This document shows positions 27,819 to 32,000 of a stretch of DNA of 32,000 bases, one piece after another. The first letter of the stretch is position 1. The number at the start of each line of letters is the position of its first letter. The stretch comes from Candidatus Heimdallarchaeota archaeon (GTDB taxonomy: Archaea; Asgardarchaeota; Heimdallarchaeia; JABLTI01), in the NCBI GenBank assembly GCA_030614005.1, contig JAUWKS010000003.1, forward strand, positions 30,001 to 62,000, written 5' to 3'. The translations under genes and the position numbers were made by a program. The notes under the pieces are model-generated. The model was not told where the DNA came from and did not search any database. It worked only from the letters and a program-made list of their open reading frames with translations.

Positions 27819-28010
27819 TTAATCCTTCTCCCAAATCACTTTGCCATCTGGTTGTGGAACTTGTACTATATCCACAATAATGGGTGGGCGCACACGAATT
27901 TTAAGTCCATATTTTCGCGCTAGTTCGTTCAATTTTTCTTTGGTATCTTCTAAAGCATAAACAATTGTTTCATCCACTAAAAAATCAAGTGTTTCTTTAT
28001 CTATCGGTAT
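27819..28010 (-). CDS. 63-aa small protein with no canonical start codon (not in the ORF track)
   Basis: Open frame (M/I)PIDKETLDFLVDETIVYALEDTKEKLNELARKYGLKIRVRPPIIVDIVQVPQPDGKVIWEKD*. It begins at ATA, 7 nt after GAGG, with an in-frame TGA just upstream. Confidence 0.55.
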   Translation of the reverse strand: MPIDKETLDFLVDETIVYALEDTKEKLNELARKYGLKIRVRPPIIVDIVQVPQPDGKVIWEKD

Positions 28011-28157
28011 TTTTTTTCCTCATATACTTTTATGTAATGAGTCTTTTTCTCAGTTCCTATTGTTGACTATAATTTGCTTTTAACAATTTTCAATATTAGG
28101 TAGATTTTTGTAATATGAGTTCTTAATCAAAGTACTAATTACTTTGAGGAAAAATAG

Positions 28158-28688
28158 TTGATTAACATAGCTAAGACAATACTCAACACATTTATTACTG
28201 CTGTTTTTGCGTTAAGTGTAACGTTATTTTCCGCTTATTTTATTGACCGTCAACCAGTAACATTTTGGGTTTTAGTAGTGTTAATTTGGATTATTGCAGG
28301 TATTATTAATGGACTCTTTTTTGAAGAGTGGAAAGAAGCGTTAATATCCGGTGGACTAATAAGTGGCACTATTTTTCTCGTTATATCTTTGTTTTTGATA
28401 ATACTAAAGCTATTTTCTGAAGCAATAGTTGAATACTTTTCAGGTTTGAACATCTACCAAGTAGAGGATATCCTTGGAATCTCCTTTTTGATTGGTTTGT
28501 TGTTTGCTCTTGGAGGTGGAGTGATTTTTACTGGCTCCGCTATAGCAACAATTTATATTACAAAAAGTATTAAAAAATCAGAAGGTATTCAATCAACTCA
28601 AAATTACGAATCAGAGTTATTTGAACAGTACGAAACCCCTGATGATGCGGGGGAGTATATTTCCTCTGAAAATAAGGAGGAAATTTGA
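28158..28688 (+). CDS. Integral membrane protein (about 4 TM helices) with acidic tail
   Basis: Four hydrophobic segments. GAGG RBS before the TTG start. Confidence 0.7.
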   Translation: MINIAKTILNTFITAVFALSVTLFSAYFIDRQPVTFWVLVVLIWIIAGIINGLFFEEWKEALISGGLISGTIFLVISLFLIILKLFSEAIVEYFSGLNIYQVEDILGISFLIGLLFALGGGVIFTGSAIATIYITKSIKKSEGIQSTQNYESELFEQYETPDDAGEYISSENKEEI

Positions 28689-28779
28689 TAGACAAATTTC
28701 AGTCTGTTCAACTTTTAATATTAAGAATTACTCCTATATTTAATCGCAAGGTTATTATTTGAATCTCGCTACGTTTACA

Positions 28780-28790
28780 ACGAAATTCGT
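28780..28790. promoter_or_regulatory. Candidate Lrp autoregulatory operator
   Basis: Palindrome ACGAA-A-TTCGT, 26 nt upstream of the lrp start. Confidence 0.35.
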
Positions 28791-28816
28791 ATATTATTTA
28801 TGATTCTTCGTGATGG

Positions 28817-29251
28817 ATGAAAGAAATGTTTGACCAACTAGATAAAGAAATAATTGATCTATTAAGAGACGATTCAAGAATTACAAATATTCAAATTGCT
28901 AAAAAAATTAAGAGAAGCGAATCAACTGTTAGGCAAAGAGTAAATAAATTAGTAGAGAAAGGAATAATAAAAAAATTCTCTATTATGGTAGATCCAATTG
29001 CTTTAGGTTTCAATACCATTGCATTTATCGGAATTAATACTCATCCTAGTCGTTTACTTAAAGCAATAAAAGCATTGAAAAAAATAGATGAAATAATCTT
29101 CATTTCCACAACCACAGGTGATTATATGATTCTTTGTCAAATCTGGGCAGAGGATGGAGTTCATTTATCTGAAGTAGTTGATAAAATAGAAGAAATCGAT
29201 GGTGTTCTAGAAGTTTTACCATCAATAATCCAAGAACGGCATAAAGAGTAG
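28817..29251 (+). CDS. Lrp/AsnC family transcriptional regulator
   Basis: HTH LDKEIIDLLRDDSRITNIQIAKKIKRSESTVRQRVNKLVEKGIIKKF and a RAM domain (TTGDYMI). Confidence 0.93.
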   Translation: MKEMFDQLDKEIIDLLRDDSRITNIQIAKKIKRSESTVRQRVNKLVEKGIIKKFSIMVDPIALGFNTIAFIGINTHPSRLLKAIKALKKIDEIIFISTTTGDYMILCQIWAEDGVHLSEVVDKIEEIDGVLEVLPSIIQERHKE

Positions 29252-29275
29252 TTATTTAGTAGTTAGCTAATTCTT

Positions 29276-30226
29276 CTATTTGTCTTTAATGTAATCCAAT
29301 GGATAATGCTTTTCGATTAAATTTTTTATATTCACTTCAGTATGATTGTTAACGGATCTTACCATTTTATCAAGTAAGCTTTTGACTATTTGAACTGCTC
29401 GTGCTGCAGGATCCATTTCACCAACAAATATGCCAATGACATTTTTCTTCTCCTTTATGAGAACTAATTGTTTATTATCTACTTGAAGGAGAGATTCTGC
29501 AGTCTCAAATCCAGCCATCTGTTTAATAAATTTGATTATCTCATAGCGACCTTTTTTGAACAATGGAACATTTTTAGCTTGTGTCTTTGGTTTTCCAAAG
29601 AGAGTTGTTTCTACTTCCATTCCTTCACTTTTGAAGAAATAGTAACCATGGATTTTAACAATGTTCTTAGGAATATCTTCGTCTTTACATAATTCCAATG
29701 TTAACCAATCCCAAGATTCGAAGAGCATTGCACCTGTTAATGCTGAGCATCTGGTAAAATTGTATTTTCTTTGCAAACGTACTAGTTCACCGAAATCAAT
29801 TATATTTAATATCTCATCTGTAGAAGCAGCATCTTCAAGATCTATTTTATTTGAAATAAATAAAATAGGTGCTGTCTTATTAAAAGAGAGAGCTCTATTA
29901 AATTCCTCCGAAGCTAATTCAAATCTGCCCTTATCTGCAGAATCTAAAACAAAGACAAGTCCATCTGCGCTTGTAATAAATTTCTCCCATAAGGATTCTC
30001 TCAAAGGAGTTTGTCCCCCTAAGTCGTACACTATAAATTCCAAAGATCGGTATTTGTATACTTCAATATTAACTCCGAAAGTAGGTCGAGTAAGAGTAAA
30101 TTCTGATCTTAGTATTCTTTTAACAATTGTTGTTTTTCCTGCACCATCTAAACCAACGATAGCAACTGATTTCTTTTCAGCATTTCCTTCTTCTTTTGCT
30201 TTAGTTAATCTTCTAAATAAAGACAT
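29276..30226 (-). CDS. Arf/Sar-like small GTPase with a C-terminal extra domain of about 130 aa (longin-like)
   Basis: G1 GLDGAGKTT, switch I PTFG, G3 DLGGQ, G4 NKID, G5 CSA, plus DGLVFVLDSAD. Confidence 0.9.
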   Translation of the reverse strand: MSLFRRLTKAKEEGNAEKKSVAIVGLDGAGKTTIVKRILRSEFTLTRPTFGVNIEVYKYRSLEFIVYDLGGQTPLRESLWEKFITSADGLVFVLDSADKGRFELASEEFNRALSFNKTAPILFISNKIDLEDAASTDEILNIIDFGELVRLQRKYNFTRCSALTGAMLFESWDWLTLELCKDEDIPKNIVKIHGYYFFKSEGMEVETTLFGKPKTQAKNVPLFKKGRYEIIKFIKQMAGFETAESLLQVDNKQLVLIKEKKNVIGIFVGEMDPAARAVQIVKSLLDKMVRSVNNHTEVNIKNLIEKHYPLDYIKDK

Positions 30227-30351
30227 ATGATTAATTCCCTTTGTTTGTGAAAAGATTATTTATCACTCAGTTTCCCTCAATGAATTATTTTGCAAGGGAA
30301 TTCTATATATTATCAGAAATAGCTCTAATACTAAAAGTTTTAGTTTTGGTT

Positions 30352-30387
30352 AAAAACGAAAAAAAACGGTAAAAAACGACAAAAATC
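30352..30387. repeat. Phased direct repeats AAAAACG (three copies) plus AAAAATC, about 10-bp period
   Basis: Copies at 30352, 30362, 30372 and 30381, in the divergent GTPase/ABC promoter region. Confidence 0.55.
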
Positions 30388-30478
30388 ACTTTTCATAGAT
30401 AATTTTTTCTTATAGCAAACAAATAAAAAGTTAGTAGATATGATATGGTGAAGGATTAAATAATTATGGTGCTGAAAA

Positions 30479-31405
30479 ATGAGTCAAGATTATATTATTG
30501 AAGTTAGAAATTTAGTTAAAAAGTATGGCTCAGTAGAAGCACTTTCAGAAATATCATTTAAAATAAGTAAAGGACAAATTTTTTCTCTTCTAGGTTCAGA
30601 TAGTTCTGGAAAAACTTCATTAATAGAAATTTTAGTAGGTCTGCGAAAACCAACTTCCGGAGAAGCCTTTGTTTTAGGTTTTAATATTAATAGTAAAACA
30701 GAGATGCGTGAGATTAAGAAAAGAATCGGCGTATTACCACAAGAATTCAAAACACATGATAATCTTACTGTGAAAGAAAATATTTTGTTTTGGGGAAAAA
30801 TGTATGACAAAATGGTTGACCCCATAGAATTAATGAAACTATTGAAACTTGATGAAGTAGCAAATGTTCGATATAAAAAACTGTCAAATACATTGAAACA
30901 AAAAGTTGGGATAGCTACTACTCTTGTAAGTGATCCTGAGATTATCTTTCTTGATCAACCTACTGCTGGTCTTGACTATTATATTAAGAAAGAAATTTGG
31001 CAAGTATTGATGGATTTACGTGAACAAGGAAAAACTATCTTTCTAACCTCAAATGATGTATTAGAACCACAAGCAATCGCCGATAGAGTTGCAATACTCC
31101 ATAATGGTATAATAAAAGATATTGGCTCACCCAATGAATTGATTGATAGATATAGTAGTGAAAAGAAATTCATTATAAGATGTCCAAACAAGGATATAAC
31201 TAAGAACGCCTTGAAAGCTTTACAGGAAATCGAAGTTGCAGAAACCGAAACTGGTGATTTAGTTGTTTCAAGCGATGAGATAACCCTACTAGAATTATTA
31301 GAAAAATTAGAGAAATTTAATGTTAAATATTCAGATATAATTACTCAAAGTCCTTCTTTGAATGATGTCTTTCTAATTTTAACAGGAGAAGAATTACGTA
31401 AATAA
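30479..31405 (+). CDS. ABC-2-type ATP-binding protein with degenerate catalytic motifs
   Basis: Walker A GSDSSGKTS, Q-loop VLPQ, signature LSNTL, Walker B IIFLDQP, H-loop position LTSN. Confidence 0.9.
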   Translation: MSQDYIIEVRNLVKKYGSVEALSEISFKISKGQIFSLLGSDSSGKTSLIEILVGLRKPTSGEAFVLGFNINSKTEMREIKKRIGVLPQEFKTHDNLTVKENILFWGKMYDKMVDPIELMKLLKLDEVANVRYKKLSNTLKQKVGIATTLVSDPEIIFLDQPTAGLDYYIKKEIWQVLMDLREQGKTIFLTSNDVLEPQAIADRVAILHNGIIKDIGSPNELIDRYSSEKKFIIRCPNKDITKNALKALQEIEVAETETGDLVVSSDEITLLELLEKLEKFNVKYSDIITQSPSLNDVFLILTGEELRK

Positions 31406-31430
31406 GCTAACTGATATTTGGTGATAAAAT

Positions 31431-32000
31431 TTGAGTGAAGATATTGTCCAATCTGATGAAACACCCCCAAACCAATTCAAATTGTTCATCAGAAAAATAA
31501 AAGCCTTTTTCCGTCCAGTTGGAAATAGCTTAAGGAGAATATCAAATCAAATCGGTGGGCTTAGTTTAGGTTTTTTCAGATCACCTGGATTAATTTTTCT
31601 CACAATTGTTCTACCAATCATCTTAACATTACTATTTGGAGCACTATTTGGTAGTACAATAGATACAAATTATCAGTTAGATGTTCTCGATAAAGATCAA
31701 AGTGATGCGTCAATACAGTTTACCGATTATTTGGGAAATGACACTGGTTTGATGATAGAGGTGCTTGATGAGACAAGTATTAACCCAGTCGAATGGTTGA
31801 AAGAGAATACTAAAACTATTTTACTGGTAATACCAATGAATTGGGGCGCATTTATTAACGATTCAGATCAAACCGATTTAACAGTTTATTATGATCATTC
31901 ATCATCATCTGCAAAAACTACTTTGAAAATAATTGAAGAGGCTGTAATAGAACTCAATTTTGAAATATTAGCAATAGATAATACTTTGGGCGTAGAAACT
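31431..32000 (+). CDS. ABC-2 type permease (runs off the window end; not in the ORF track)
   Basis: GGTGA RBS, 6 nt spacer, TTG start. Translation MSEDIVQ...FFRSPGLIFLTIVLPIILTLLFGALFG...LDVLDKDQSDAS, open to the window end. Confidence 0.85.
   Translation, partial: MSEDIVQSDETPPNQFKLFIRKIKAFFRPVGNSLRRISNQIGGLSLGFFRSPGLIFLTIVLPIILTLLFGALFGSTIDTNYQLDVLDKDQSDASIQFTDYLGNDTGLMIEVLDETSINPVEWLKENTKTILLVIPMNWGAFINDSDQTDLTVYYDHSSSSAKTTLKIIEEAVIELNFEILAIDNTLGVET

Noticed and set aside
29661-30230. 189-aa plus-strand ORF
   Set aside because: Antisense shadow of the GTPase gene, with no motif and no RBS.
424-31191. Numerous 60-130 aa ORFs overlapping larger genes (for example 11759-12118, 21461-21805, 25092-25484, 3900-4211)
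   Set aside because: They lie antisense to, or out of frame within, well-supported genes and have the composition of shadow ORFs.
1-32000. tRNA, rRNA, IS elements, integrases
   Set aside because: No cloverleaf, long GC-rich structural RNA, transposase motif or terminal inverted repeat pair was seen.

Overview
Low-GC (about one third G+C, by eye) archaeal core-genome window, most likely from an Asgard archaeon (Heimdallarchaeia-like). This is inferred from an Arf-like small GTPase, the eIF6-eL20(LX)-prefoldin-ftsY cluster, archaeal DtdA, GGTGA/GAGG ribosome-binding sites and surface proteins rich in DxDxDG repeats. It holds about 33 coding regions, mostly housekeeping or metabolic: ADP-forming acyl-CoA synthetase, ornithine carbamoyltransferase, PfkB kinase, M24 peptidase, lipoate ligase, a DHH enzyme, a beta-CASP nuclease, GNATs, Lrp and an ABC-2 pair. 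I found no rRNA, tRNA, CRISPR array or mobile element. Most notable observations: (1) an Arf-like GTPase with a longin-like C-terminal domain; (2) two unannotated, distantly paralogous small proteins flanking an anchored phospholipase D/lamin-tail surface enzyme; (3) an ABC ATPase with substitutions at several catalytic positions; (4) hairpin plus U-tract elements after many genes; (5) a structured leader of about 120 nt before argF; (6) a twice-broken surface-protein pseudogene with a readable deletion junction; (7) small genes missed by the ORF track, with possible ATA starts. All calls come from motif recognition by eye; no searches were run.
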